DNA of 64,000 nucleotides, taken from contig CAWDDT010000006.1 in NCBI GenBank assembly GCA_963801165.1, positions 288,001 through 352,000 on the forward strand, in the 5' to 3' direction. Position 1 is the first letter of the stretch; each line of letters starts with the position of its first letter. The stretch is from an uncultured bacterium. Its GTDB lineage: Bacteria > Actinomycetota > Acidimicrobiia > Spongiisociales > UBA5794. Below, piece by piece: positions 20,753 through 29,898 of the stretch. A program made the position numbers and the translations under genes. The notes below the pieces were generated by a model. The model was not told the DNA's origin and made no database searches. It was given only the letters and a program-made list of their open reading frames with translations.

Positions 20753-21342
20753 ACGACCGACTCCAAACGAATGAGCGAGGTTTGCAGGTGCCCGTAGCCA
20801 ACGATCAGACGCTCATAGCTGAGCCGGAGCTTGGCCGCCGCGCTTCGCCCGGCTCGTTCCGCCTCGAGATCGTCTGTCTGGCCGAGATGAACGACCCGTC
20901 GGTAGTTGCCGAAGTACATGGGGTATAGCTCGGGGTGCTTGTCCAGGCCGAGCCCGCGCATCACCAGCCGGTCGAAGTGGCGGGCGAGGAAATCCGTGAG
21001 GTAGAACGTGCCCGGCTCGGCGTCTTGGACGAGGGCGAACACCGGTGACGTAGCGAAGAACTCGTAGCAGTGGGCGCCGGGCAGCCGTTCGATCCCTTCC
21101 TGATCGAGCAGCCGGTCGAGCCCGCCGCCGGTACCGCAGTCACCGTAGGCAACGAAGATGTGCTCGTAGCGTTCCCGGGCCCGGGTGATGCGGTCGGCGA
21201 CGGCTCTGGGAATCCGGTCCGGGTAATTATGTAGCGAGGCGGGGAGACACTCGACGCTGAGCGTGTCGAGCTTGTTTCGGTTGATGATGTCCTTCAGCTC
21301 GCCGGCCAGCGCCCCGCAAGCGATGACTAGCGTACCCTGCAT
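20749..21342 (-). CDS. DUF1638 protein
   Basis: IACGALA, LHNYP, YGDCGTGG, HCYEF, FYLTDFL. Confidence 0.85.
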   Translation of the reverse strand: MQGTLVIACGALAGELKDIINRNKLDTLSVECLPASLHNYPDRIPRAVADRITRARERYEHIFVAYGDCGTGGGLDRLLDQEGIERLPGAHCYEFFATSPVFALVQDAEPGTFYLTDFLARHFDRLVMRGLGLDKHPELYPMYFGNYRRVVHLGQTDDLEAERAGRSAAAKLRLSYERLIVGYGHLQTSLIRLESVV

Positions 21343-21343
21343 A

Positions 21344-22048
21344 TCAGGCGTCCTCCGCGTCCAACGCTCTTCGTTTCTCGATGAGCTTGGTCGCCGTGTC
21401 GGCGGCAACGGCCGCGTCCCTGCAGTACGCGTCGGCGCCGACCGCCTGGCCAAACTCCTCGTTGAGGGGAGCCCCGCCGACAAGTACGATGTAGTCGTCA
21501 CGGATGCCGGTTCTGACCATCTCGTCGATGACGACCTTCATATAGGGCATCGTGGTGGTCAGCAGCGCAGACATACCGAGGATGTCGGGCTTGTGGGTCT
21601 CGAGGGCCTCCAGGTACTCCTCCACCGAGGTGTTGATACCGAGGTCGATCACTTCGAGACCTGCGCCCTCGAACATCATCGTGACCAGGTTCTTGCCGAT
21701 GTCGTGGATGTCACCCTTGACGGTTCCGATGACCACCTTGCCGACCTGTGCCGCCCCGGTCTCGGCCAGGAGAGGTCGCAAGAGCGCCATCCCCGCCTTC
21801 ATGGCGTTGGCGGCAAGCAGCACCTCGGGGACAAAGAGGATCCCGTCGCGAAAGTCGATGCCGACGATGCGCATTCCCTCAACCAGGGCCTTTTCGAGAA
21901 CGGCTTCGGCGTCCCAGCCACGGTCGAGAAGGATGCGGGTGCCTTCCGCAATTTCATCGGCCAGGCCGTCGTACACGTCGTCGTGCATCTGGTCGACAAG
22001 CTCGTCATCGGCCAGTGTGGATAGGTCGAGTTCCTCTTCCTCAGACAT
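21344..22048 (-). CDS. Cobalamin-binding corrinoid protein
   Basis: GTVKGDIHDIGKN (DxHxxG), MSALLTTT, VGGAP. Confidence 0.95.
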   Translation of the reverse strand: MSEEEELDLSTLADDELVDQMHDDVYDGLADEIAEGTRILLDRGWDAEAVLEKALVEGMRIVGIDFRDGILFVPEVLLAANAMKAGMALLRPLLAETGAAQVGKVVIGTVKGDIHDIGKNLVTMMFEGAGLEVIDLGINTSVEEYLEALETHKPDILGMSALLTTTMPYMKVVIDEMVRTGIRDDYIVLVGGAPLNEEFGQAVGADAYCRDAAVAADTATKLIEKRRALDAEDA

Positions 22049-22262
22049 ATACACCTGGCTTCCCGCTGCGCCGAGCGGGATCGTGCTCGCTTGCGCGACC
22101 GGTCGGCCGCGTCGGATGGCCGGACACCTTAACGCGCTCGTTCCTCCGTTGCGACCATTTCCCGAGTCGTGAACTACTCGACTGGAGCCCAGCGTCAGGA
22201 CGACCACGTCCCCGTTCGGTGACGATTCCCGGCAGTCTTGCCCCCAGGACTACGAAAGGATC

Positions 22263-22545
22263 CTGCACGAGGATGCACTGAGCTCGCTCTCGTGTCTGCA
22301 TGCGGGCACAGTCGTCTATGTCGCCTGGATAGTCTCCCCCGCACCGGATAACCCCGGTGAACCGGTTGCGATCTCGCCCGGCGGAGGCCGGATGGGCACC
22401 CTGATGGACGGCGCACTCGACCATGCGATAGTGGACGCCGTTCGTGGCGGCCACCAAGGCAGGCGGCCGTCGACATTCCACTCGGGCCGGTTGCCCGCCA
22501 AACGCCACCGCCGAGCTCGGGGTCCTGTCGGCGGGCCGTGAGCCT
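22263..22545 (+). pseudogene. Degraded XdhC/CoxI-family N-terminal remnant
   Basis: After a GAAAGGA RBS the frame reads (CTG)HEDALSSLSCLHAGTVVYVAWIV...VAISPGGGRMGTLMDGALDHAI, resembling actinobacterial XdhC N-termini, then degenerates. End approximate. Confidence 0.5.
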
Positions 22546-22635
22546 CCCGGCACCACGAGGTGGTCGGAGCACGCCCACGGGCAGGCCACTTTTGCGCCAC
22601 CGGCCGGTCGGCGACGGAGGGCTAGCATCCCCGCC

Positions 22636-23451
22636 ATGGTGGACGGTGCCATCTTCATCCCCGACGGGAACAAATACGTGCCTACCGGGCTGGCCCGAGG
22701 CGGTTGGAGTGACGACGCTCAGCACGGTGGTCCACCGTGCGGGCTGCTGGCTCATGTCATCGAATCGGTGCCGACCGATCACCCGATGCAGACGGTGCGG
22801 ATCACCGTCGACCTCATCCGCCCGGTCCCGATGGCTCCGGTCACCGTTGCCACCAGCATCGTCCGGCATGGGCGGCGTATCCAGCTCGTTGCCGCCACCA
22901 TCGAGGCGGACGGGGTCGAGGTCGCTCTCGCCCGTGCGCTGCGGATCCGGATCGGCGAGGTGGCACTTCCCGAGCCACCCGGCACCACCTGGGTCGCCCC
23001 ACTCCTGCCTGAGGAACTCGCGGTTCTCGACATCCCCCACTGGCACGAGGAGGAGCATCCGCTGACTCGCTACTACGTCGACGCGATCGAGATCCGCTCG
23101 GTGGGCGACAGCTTTGTGCAAATGGGCCGGGGCGTCTCCTGGATTCGTCTCCGCTACCCCGTGGTTGCCGGCACCCCCAACTCGCCGCTGGTACGGGTCG
23201 CCGCCGTCGCCGATCTGGGCAACGGCAACTCCATGGCGCTCGATCCCGTGCACTACCTCTACGTCAACCCGGAACTCACTCTGCACCTCCACCGCCTCCC
23301 CACAGAGGATTGGGTGGGCATGGACTCACTCGCCCTCCAGCACCCCACGGGCATCGGTCTCGCCGACACTCTGCTGTTCGACACCACCGGCCCCTTCGGG
23401 CGTGTCACCCAGTCCCAGCTGATCGAGAAACACGACCGACCCGGCGCGTAA
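22636..23451 (+). CDS. Acyl-CoA thioesterase-like double hot-dog protein
   Basis: GGWSDDAQHGGPP, RITVDLIRPVP, ADLGNG, YVNPELTLHLHR. Confidence 0.88.
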   Translation: MVDGAIFIPDGNKYVPTGLARGGWSDDAQHGGPPCGLLAHVIESVPTDHPMQTVRITVDLIRPVPMAPVTVATSIVRHGRRIQLVAATIEADGVEVALARALRIRIGEVALPEPPGTTWVAPLLPEELAVLDIPHWHEEEHPLTRYYVDAIEIRSVGDSFVQMGRGVSWIRLRYPVVAGTPNSPLVRVAAVADLGNGNSMALDPVHYLYVNPELTLHLHRLPTEDWVGMDSLALQHPTGIGLADTLLFDTTGPFGRVTQSQLIEKHDRPGA

Positions 23452-23530
23452 GTGAGCTTCGCACGTGCCGGACCGAAGCCGGCCACCTGCCCCGAGGGCG
23501 GCAACAGGGATTACCAGTTTGCGAACCTCT

Positions 23531-24511
23531 CTAGTAGCCGACGGAATCGACAATATTGCCACTGGGATCGAGTACGAAGACGGTGTCTCCGGAATTGTTC
23601 CAGATACCCGACCCGATGTTGCACCAATACAAGGTCGAGTCGCTGTCGGTGCCGCAGCCGCTGTGAATACGAATAGTCTCTCCCGGTCCGAGCACGAATC
23701 CGTTCGGGAAGCTGTAGCGATGGGAGGCCGACTCATCCTTGACCCCCCACCCGGTGAGGTCTACGTCGTTTGTCCCGCTATTTATGATCTCGACCCATTC
23801 GTCATTGAGGTTGGTGCTGTCGTCGCCATCAGCGTCGTATCGGATCGTCCCAACTCTGATATTTCCGCTCGCAGCCGGTCCACATGCGTCGGAAGCCCAC
23901 ATACCGACTCCATCAGCTACTGCCTGAGCTTGGGCGTTCTCCAAGGCGCCTGCCATTGCAGTGTCGGGCTCGTACCTCCGAGCGACGGCGAGCCCTTCCC
24001 GCACCAGAACCTCGTTGACGAAGATGTCGCCCGCGTAGACGTAGCGCAGTAACCGGTCGTATTGGTCACGATCGCTGGTATCCGATTGCAGGGTCACGGT
24101 CCGGCCGGCGACGAGTTCGCTGAGCCGGGCCGAAGCTTCGGCTGCCAGGCATTCGCCAACCTCCGGTGTGTTGATGCCGATCAGGCGAAGTGGCTCCTCG
24201 ACGCCATCGACGATCACTCGAATGGTGTCCCCATCTGTGACAGAAACCACGGCCACTCTAGGGCCGCCAATAGGAATCGGCTCCGACGCGACCTCCGTGC
24301 TCGGCGCTGTCGTTGTCGTTGTCGACCCAGCCGTCTCTCCTGTCGTGCTGACAGAGGTGATCACCGTTGTTAGGTCGCCGGCGTTGTCGCTGACCAGCCG
24401 AACGCCCTCATCCTCGGCGGCAGTTGTACAAGCGGAGAGCATCAACAGTGCCAGGAACACGATCACGCCATATCTAATGGACTGCAGGATCAGCACCCCT
24501 CTCTCGGACAC
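23531..24511 (-). CDS. Lipoprotein: thermonuclease (SNase) + lamin-tail domain
   Basis: Lipobox LSAC; VTDGDT, RLIGINTPE, DQYDRLLRYV; LTD motifs EWVEIIN, DLTGW, IWNNSGD. Confidence 0.9.
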   Translation of the reverse strand: MSERGVLILQSIRYGVIVFLALLMLSACTTAAEDEGVRLVSDNAGDLTTVITSVSTTGETAGSTTTTTAPSTEVASEPIPIGGPRVAVVSVTDGDTIRVIVDGVEEPLRLIGINTPEVGECLAAEASARLSELVAGRTVTLQSDTSDRDQYDRLLRYVYAGDIFVNEVLVREGLAVARRYEPDTAMAGALENAQAQAVADGVGMWASDACGPAASGNIRVGTIRYDADGDDSTNLNDEWVEIINSGTNDVDLTGWGVKDESASHRYSFPNGFVLGPGETIRIHSGCGTDSDSTLYWCNIGSGIWNNSGDTVFVLDPSGNIVDSVGY

Positions 24512-24913
24512 TGTTCATTCTCGCCCGGCAACCGACGACGCTGAAAATTGCTCGCCCGGGGGGTTCCGTCGACCTGGGTGAAATCGGCCTGTCGAATGGA
24601 CATTGGATAGGCGGTTCATTCCATCGGATGCCATCATCCGCGCACTCTCTGAGGTCCTGCCTGAGGGCGAAGGCCCGCTGGCGAGCCCCCCGGCCAAGAC
24701 GGACCAAGGGTTGGTGCATTCAACCACGTGAGAGGGTCGGTTCATCCGACGGTGCGGGCACAGAGACAAGGGTGCAACGAAGAGGTCGGGGAACCCACTC
24801 ACGCATCGTTGCTGGGGCAACCGTGCTTGTCCGCGTCATAGCCTCAGTGCAGGCGTCCCCGGTAGCTGCACTCGAGGTCCGTGATCGACGCCGCGCCGTA
24901 TGTCCGTAGGCCT

Positions 24914-25414
24914 GCGCACGTGTCGAGGCATCACCGCTGAGGGTCAAAGTGGGTCGAGGCGGGTCCTGAGCACACAGAACTCATTGCCTTCGGGGTCGGC
25001 CAGGACATGCCACCCCTCCTCCCCCGTCTGGCCGATATCGGCCGGGCGAGCGCCGAGTTCGAGAAGCCGCTCGAGCTCGGCGTCCTGATCGCGGTCGGTG
25101 GCGTTGACGTCGATGTGCAGTCGGGACTTCCCCTCCTCCGGCGGATCCCTGCGACTGAGGATGATCGTCGGCTGCAGACCACCGAACCCTACGTCCGGCC
25201 CGATCTCCAACGTCCCGTCGTCCTCTCGATCGAGCACGACGAAGTCAAGGACCTCACACCGGAACCGCGCCAGCACCTCAGGGTCGCGGCAACCCAGCAC
25301 GAGCTCACTGATACGACATGCCATTGAAAAAGCCCTCTCTCAACTTGGGAACTGCCGACGCCACCGGCGAACCTCCTAGCGCCCAGCAGCGTAAACAACC
25401 CGGCGATCGTACCG
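24914..25414. repeat. ~500-bp segment duplicated in direct orientation at 37382-37820
   Basis: The VOC gene plus both flanks are shared (gcgcacgtgtcgaggcatcaccgctgagg; cccagca.cgtaaacaa...cgatcgtaccg). Confidence 0.9.
24944..25324 (-). CDS. VOC/glyoxalase family protein
   Basis: KSRLHIDV, LLELGA, VLADPEGNEFC. Confidence 0.9.
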   Translation of the reverse strand: MACRISELVLGCRDPEVLARFRCEVLDFVVLDREDDGTLEIGPDVGFGGLQPTIILSRRDPPEEGKSRLHIDVNATDRDQDAELERLLELGARPADIGQTGEEGWHVLADPEGNEFCVLRTRLDPL

Positions 25415-25473
25415 ATCGCTTCTCGGAATCGGTCGGTCAAACGCGCACCGGCAGGACGCTTCGCACGTTCCGG

Positions 25474-26676
25474 TCATGTTTGTCCCGCTACAGCCGAAGC
25501 GTTCGCACTTATGAGCAGAGTGATGATGGCGATCAGGCCGAGTGCCACGGAGATGCTGGACATCGCCGCGACGGCACCGATGAGGGGCGGTCCGACGAGA
25601 AAGCCGGCATGACCGAATATGGCGGTGGCACCTATTCCCCCGGCCGGTGTCGAGCCCCTTGCGGCTGCGGCAGTGAAGACGACCGGGATGATGTTTGCGT
25701 ATCCCAGACCCATAAAGGCCAACCCGACGATCACCGATACCGGCTGCCCGACGACAAGCCCGGCTCCCAACCCGATCGCTGCGAGTACGGCGCCAAATCC
25801 GAGAAGTCGCTCCGCTCCCAACCGCAGACTGAATCGATCGCCGGCCAATCGACCCACCGCCATGGCCACTGAGAAGACACCAAAGCCGAGTGCGGCTACC
25901 GAGGTGCGGGCTCCCAGTTCGTCGTGAATCAACGTTCCGCTCCAGTCAAGCACGGCGCCCTCTCCGAGCATTGCCGCAAATGCAATCAGTCCGAGGACAC
26001 TGATTCCTCTTGCTGTTCGTCGGCGCACGTGCCGTGTGGTGTCGATCGCAGACGAAACCGAAGCGGGCAGGCTGGGTTGGACCGCCACCGTAACCAAGAC
26101 CGCCAGCATCACGGCCTGAACAGACGGCCGAATGCCGAGCTCGAGGAGGGCGGCTGCCAGGAGCGAACCGGCCAGGACCCCGACGCTGTACAGGGCGTGA
26201 AGCGATGACATGATCGGTCGACCAAGACGTACCTGGATGTCCGCCCCCACCGCGTTCATGGCGACGTTCATTGCACCGAGTGAGGCGCCGAAGACAATCA
26301 ACGCGACGACAAGCTGAGGCGCGTTGTGAGCAGCCAGAGGCAGAGGTAGCGCCGCCGCCATAGCTCTTGTTGCCCACTTTGTAGTCGTGTGGGCACCATG
26401 GCGCGCCGATATCGCGCCCGCGAACCGCATCCCTGCCGCTGCTCCTGCGGCAAGGACCAACAGCACCAGCCCCAGCGCTGCCTCACCCAGTGACAAGGTG
26501 TCCCTGACGTTCGGGATGTGGGCAACCCACGTCGCCAGCATGAGCCCGTGAGCAACGAATATCGCGGCGAGTCTGGTCCGTTGCCGTTCCAAATCACCCA
26601 CCACGACCTCCTGTGCGGGGTCGACCCATCCAACTGTCGGCGTGGCGTCGAGGGACGGGCACGGATACCCGTTCAC
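25474..26676 (-). CDS. MFS transporter (start uncertain)
   Basis: About 12 hydrophobic segments, AMNVAMN, EGAVLDW, GRLAGDR. Confidence 0.88.
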   Translation of the reverse strand: MNGYPCPSLDATPTVGWVDPAQEVVVGDLERQRTRLAAIFVAHGLMLATWVAHIPNVRDTLSLGEAALGLVLLVLAAGAAAGMRFAGAISARHGAHTTTKWATRAMAAALPLPLAAHNAPQLVVALIVFGASLGAMNVAMNAVGADIQVRLGRPIMSSLHALYSVGVLAGSLLAAALLELGIRPSVQAVMLAVLVTVAVQPSLPASVSSAIDTTRHVRRRTARGISVLGLIAFAAMLGEGAVLDWSGTLIHDELGARTSVAALGFGVFSVAMAVGRLAGDRFSLRLGAERLLGFGAVLAAIGLGAGLVVGQPVSVIVGLAFMGLGYANIIPVVFTAAAARGSTPAGGIGATAIFGHAGFLVGPPLIGAVAAMSSISVALGLIAIITLLISANASAVAGQT

Positions 26677-26723
26677 CCACGCGACGACCCACGCCGTGTA
26701 TCAAAGAGTGAGCGCCTCTCAGG

Positions 26724-27938
26724 TCATGGCATTTCGTTGCGGCGAGCGAACCCCCCTAGGAACTCCGCGCTCGGCTTCGGAGTCCGCACTTGCGTGCGGT
26801 GGTCGACGTCTACGAGACCAAAGCGCATTGAGTAGCCACGGTTCCATTCGAAGTTGTCGAGCAGGCTCCAGTGGAAGTAGCCGCGCACGTCGATTCCGTC
26901 TTCGAGACAACCGCGAAGACTCTCCAGCGCACCACCGATGTACTCGATGCGTTCACGGTCGTCGTCGGTGGCGACCCCGTTCTCGGTAACGAGAACTGGG
27001 AGACCGGTCAGCTTCGCCGCCCTCCTTGCCGCCTCACCAACTGCGGCCGGGTAGAACTCGTAGCCCATCGGCGTCAGCCGGGTTCCGGGCGGGTAGGGGA
27101 AACCGCCCTCCCCATCCTCCATCTCTTTTGCGCCGTACGTGGGCTGAGCCCACATACGGGAATACGAGTGGACGCCGACGTAGTCGTCGCCATGTGTGGC
27201 TTCGTAGAACTCACCTTCCCATTCCCGGACGATCGGCACGCGCACCAGCTCCTCTTCCGAGCCGTCGAAGACCCACACCTGACACGCAATGCCGATACCG
27301 ACCTGAACATCGGGGATGTTGGCCCGGATAGCTGCTCTGCCGTCATGGTGAGCCGCAACCAGGGTCGGCGCCGCCTTCTCGGCAGCCTCCTCTCCGCTCA
27401 TTGTGCGGTGTGCGATCCATCCCGGCAGTGTCTGGCCGCGCCGGTAGCCGATGTTGGCGTCCAGGTCCGGCTGGTTGATGGTCATCGCATAGGTGATTTC
27501 GTCTGACAATTCTCTCGAAATGAGGTCGCAGTAGTTGGCGAAGCGCGCTGCAGATTCCGACCACAGCCACCCACCCTTGTGCGCCATCCAGCGGGGCAGC
27601 GTGTGGTGAAGAAAGGTAACGAGCGGCTCGATGTTTCGTTCCCGACACGCCTCCAGGACGCGTCGGTAATGCTCTACCTGAGCGTAGGAGATCTCGCCCT
27701 CCTCCGGCTCGATGCGCGACCATTCGATTCCGAAGCGATAGGCGTTCAACCCGAAACCGGCAAGCAGGTCGAGATCTTCCTCATAGCGGTTGTAGTGATC
27801 ACATGCGTCGCCGCTGGGTTCAGTGACCGGCGACCCGGGGGTGTGTTCCATCTCCCACCAGTCACTGGCGTAGTTGCCACCTTCGACCTGATAGGCCGCG
27901 GTTGAAGCGCCCCAGAGGAAGCTGTTGTTGAGTTTCAT
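26724..27938 (-). CDS. Glycoside hydrolase family 1 with atypical acid/base residue (TINQP)
   Basis: FLWGASTAAYQVEG, YRFGIEWSRI, VTENG, WSLLDNFEW. Confidence 0.93.
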   Translation of the reverse strand: MKLNNSFLWGASTAAYQVEGGNYASDWWEMEHTPGSPVTEPSGDACDHYNRYEEDLDLLAGFGLNAYRFGIEWSRIEPEEGEISYAQVEHYRRVLEACRERNIEPLVTFLHHTLPRWMAHKGGWLWSESAARFANYCDLISRELSDEITYAMTINQPDLDANIGYRRGQTLPGWIAHRTMSGEEAAEKAAPTLVAAHHDGRAAIRANIPDVQVGIGIACQVWVFDGSEEELVRVPIVREWEGEFYEATHGDDYVGVHSYSRMWAQPTYGAKEMEDGEGGFPYPPGTRLTPMGYEFYPAAVGEAARRAAKLTGLPVLVTENGVATDDDRERIEYIGGALESLRGCLEDGIDVRGYFHWSLLDNFEWNRGYSMRFGLVDVDHRTQVRTPKPSAEFLGGFARRNEMP

Positions 27939-27966
27939 GACTTTCCTTCGTCTCGTTGTACAAGCG

Positions 27967-28854
27967 TCAAGACTTGACCGCCCCGGTGAGCACTCCTCGA
28001 ATGAACGCCTTCTGCGCCACCAGGAAGACGATCAGTGGTGGGATCATCAGCAGCACTGCGCCTGCGGCCATCACCGTCACGTACTGCCCATAACCGCCAC
28101 TCAGGTTCGCGAGAATGGCCGTCAGGGGCTGCATCGTGGGGTCGGGAATGATGACGAGTGCCCGTAGGAGATCATTCCAGACCCAGAGGAAGTCGAAGGT
28201 CGCCAGTGACGCCAAAGCCGCTCCCGAGAGCGGAATCACAACCCGGAACAGCACATGTCGCGCCTTTGCTCCGTCGACACGCGCCGCTTCCACGAGCTCT
28301 CCCGGGATCTGGGCAAAGAAGTTGCCAAGGAGGAAGATGGCAAACGGCATCACTGCCGATACATGGCTTAGCCAGATCCCGGGAAAAGTGTTGATGAGGT
28401 GCAGGGTTTTGAGAATGTTCAGCGTCGGGACGAGCGTGATCTCAGGCGGTACTACGAGCAACCCCACCATGGCCGCATAGAGCCACCTGCGGCCCGGCAG
28501 GTCGGTCCAGATGAGTGCAAAGGCGGCGAACGACGAGACCACCACAACGAGAATCACCGTCGGGACGGTTATCAACAGGCTATTGACGAAGGCTCTGAGG
28601 AATCCCGATGCCCCCAGGGCCTCCTTGAAGTTCCCGAGCGTGAGGTTCGGGTTGCCAATCGTGGTCCACCATCCGGTGGATGTCGCATCGGTAAAGGGGC
28701 GGAATGAGCTGATGACGAGCCCGATCAGTGGCAGGACCCAGACGAGAATCGCCACCACCATGAAGACGCTGAAGACCGCCCGAGGGACCCGCGTCAGCAG
28801 CAGATTGGCACCGGCCGCCGTTTGACCTCGTGTCTGAGTGCCGGTGTCACGCAT
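27967..28854 (-). CDS. Carbohydrate ABC transporter permease (MalG-like)
   Basis: EAA loop ELVEAARVDGA; WVWNDL. Confidence 0.93.
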   Translation of the reverse strand: MRDTGTQTRGQTAAGANLLLTRVPRAVFSVFMVVAILVWVLPLIGLVISSFRPFTDATSTGWWTTIGNPNLTLGNFKEALGASGFLRAFVNSLLITVPTVILVVVVSSFAAFALIWTDLPGRRWLYAAMVGLLVVPPEITLVPTLNILKTLHLINTFPGIWLSHVSAVMPFAIFLLGNFFAQIPGELVEAARVDGAKARHVLFRVVIPLSGAALASLATFDFLWVWNDLLRALVIIPDPTMQPLTAILANLSGGYGQYVTVMAAGAVLLMIPPLIVFLVAQKAFIRGVLTGAVKS

Positions 28855-29812
28855 GGCCTTCGACCCCACCGGTTCTCCGAGCCAGCGAATAGCCAACGAT
28901 AATCAGCGCCGACATCGCAACCACGATCGCGGCGCCGTATTGCGGCTTGAGCGACACGAAACTCTGCTGAAAGAACAGCAATGCAAGTGTGCGACTTCTT
29001 CCCGCGGGCCCACCTCCGGTCATGACGAACACAACGTCGAAGACTTTCAGTACTTGGACAAGCTGGGTTGTGAGCAGAAACGACAGCGGGAGCCGGATCG
29101 AGGGCAGGGTGACGTGCCAGAAAAGCCGCCACCCGAAAGCACCGTCCACCTTGGCGGCTTCGACGATGTCGTCGGGTACGCCCTTGAGTGCGGCAGCGAT
29201 GATGACGACCGAGAGCCCCGTGGCACTCCATACCCATGTCGCCATGAGGGCATAGTTCACCGTCGACGGGCTGCCGAGCCACGACTGATCGGTCCCGAGT
29301 GCTGCGTTGAGCAGTCCGACATCTGGAGACGGCGCATAGACAAACAGCCAGATGACGCCGAGCACAGTTCCCGACAGGACCATCGGGAGGAAGAATGCGC
29401 CCCGGACGATGGTCTGGAGTCGAGATCGGTCGGCGGCCAGCGCCACGACCAACCCGATCAGGATGCACGCCGGCACAGCGAAGATCATCCACCCCAGGCT
29501 GTTGAACAACGCACCGGTTGGCGGGAAGTGGGAGAAGTCGGCGAACTTGGCGTCGCCGACCAGCCGCTGGTAGTGCTCCAGACCGACAAAGCCGCCGATC
29601 GTGAATCCCGGGCCTTCAGCCACGCTCATTCGCAGCGTATAGAGGATCGGAATCAGGAGAAACACGACGACGATCAAGAGCGCAGGGGCAACCATCAACG
29701 CCCCGGCGCCCGCGGACGTGCGGCGCTGTTTCGCAAAACGGGTTGCAATTCCCACACTCACGACGACACCACGCCGGCGGCTGCGAGGTCGCCTGGGGCG
29801 AGAACGACGCAC
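28847..29812 (-). CDS. Carbohydrate ABC transporter permease (MalF-like; start uncertain)
   Basis: IVEAAKVDGA, VMTGGGP. Confidence 0.92.
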   Translation of the reverse strand: MRRSRPRRPRSRRRGVVVSVGIATRFAKQRRTSAGAGALMVAPALLIVVVFLLIPILYTLRMSVAEGPGFTIGGFVGLEHYQRLVGDAKFADFSHFPPTGALFNSLGWMIFAVPACILIGLVVALAADRSRLQTIVRGAFFLPMVLSGTVLGVIWLFVYAPSPDVGLLNAALGTDQSWLGSPSTVNYALMATWVWSATGLSVVIIAAALKGVPDDIVEAAKVDGAFGWRLFWHVTLPSIRLPLSFLLTTQLVQVLKVFDVVFVMTGGGPAGRSRTLALLFFQQSFVSLKPQYGAAIVVAMSALIIVGYSLARRTGGVEGHA

Positions 29813-29898
29813 GTCCCCGCCCCATGTAGGCCGCGATTGCAGCAGCCGACGAGGCTCTCGCTGCGCTTCGGTCTACGGCCTTGTACTCTCATCGTGCT

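Noticed and set aside
22050-22260. Cobalamin or SAM riboswitch upstream of the corrinoid operon
   Set aside because: No consensus elements recognisable by eye; an Rfam/Infernal scan would decide.
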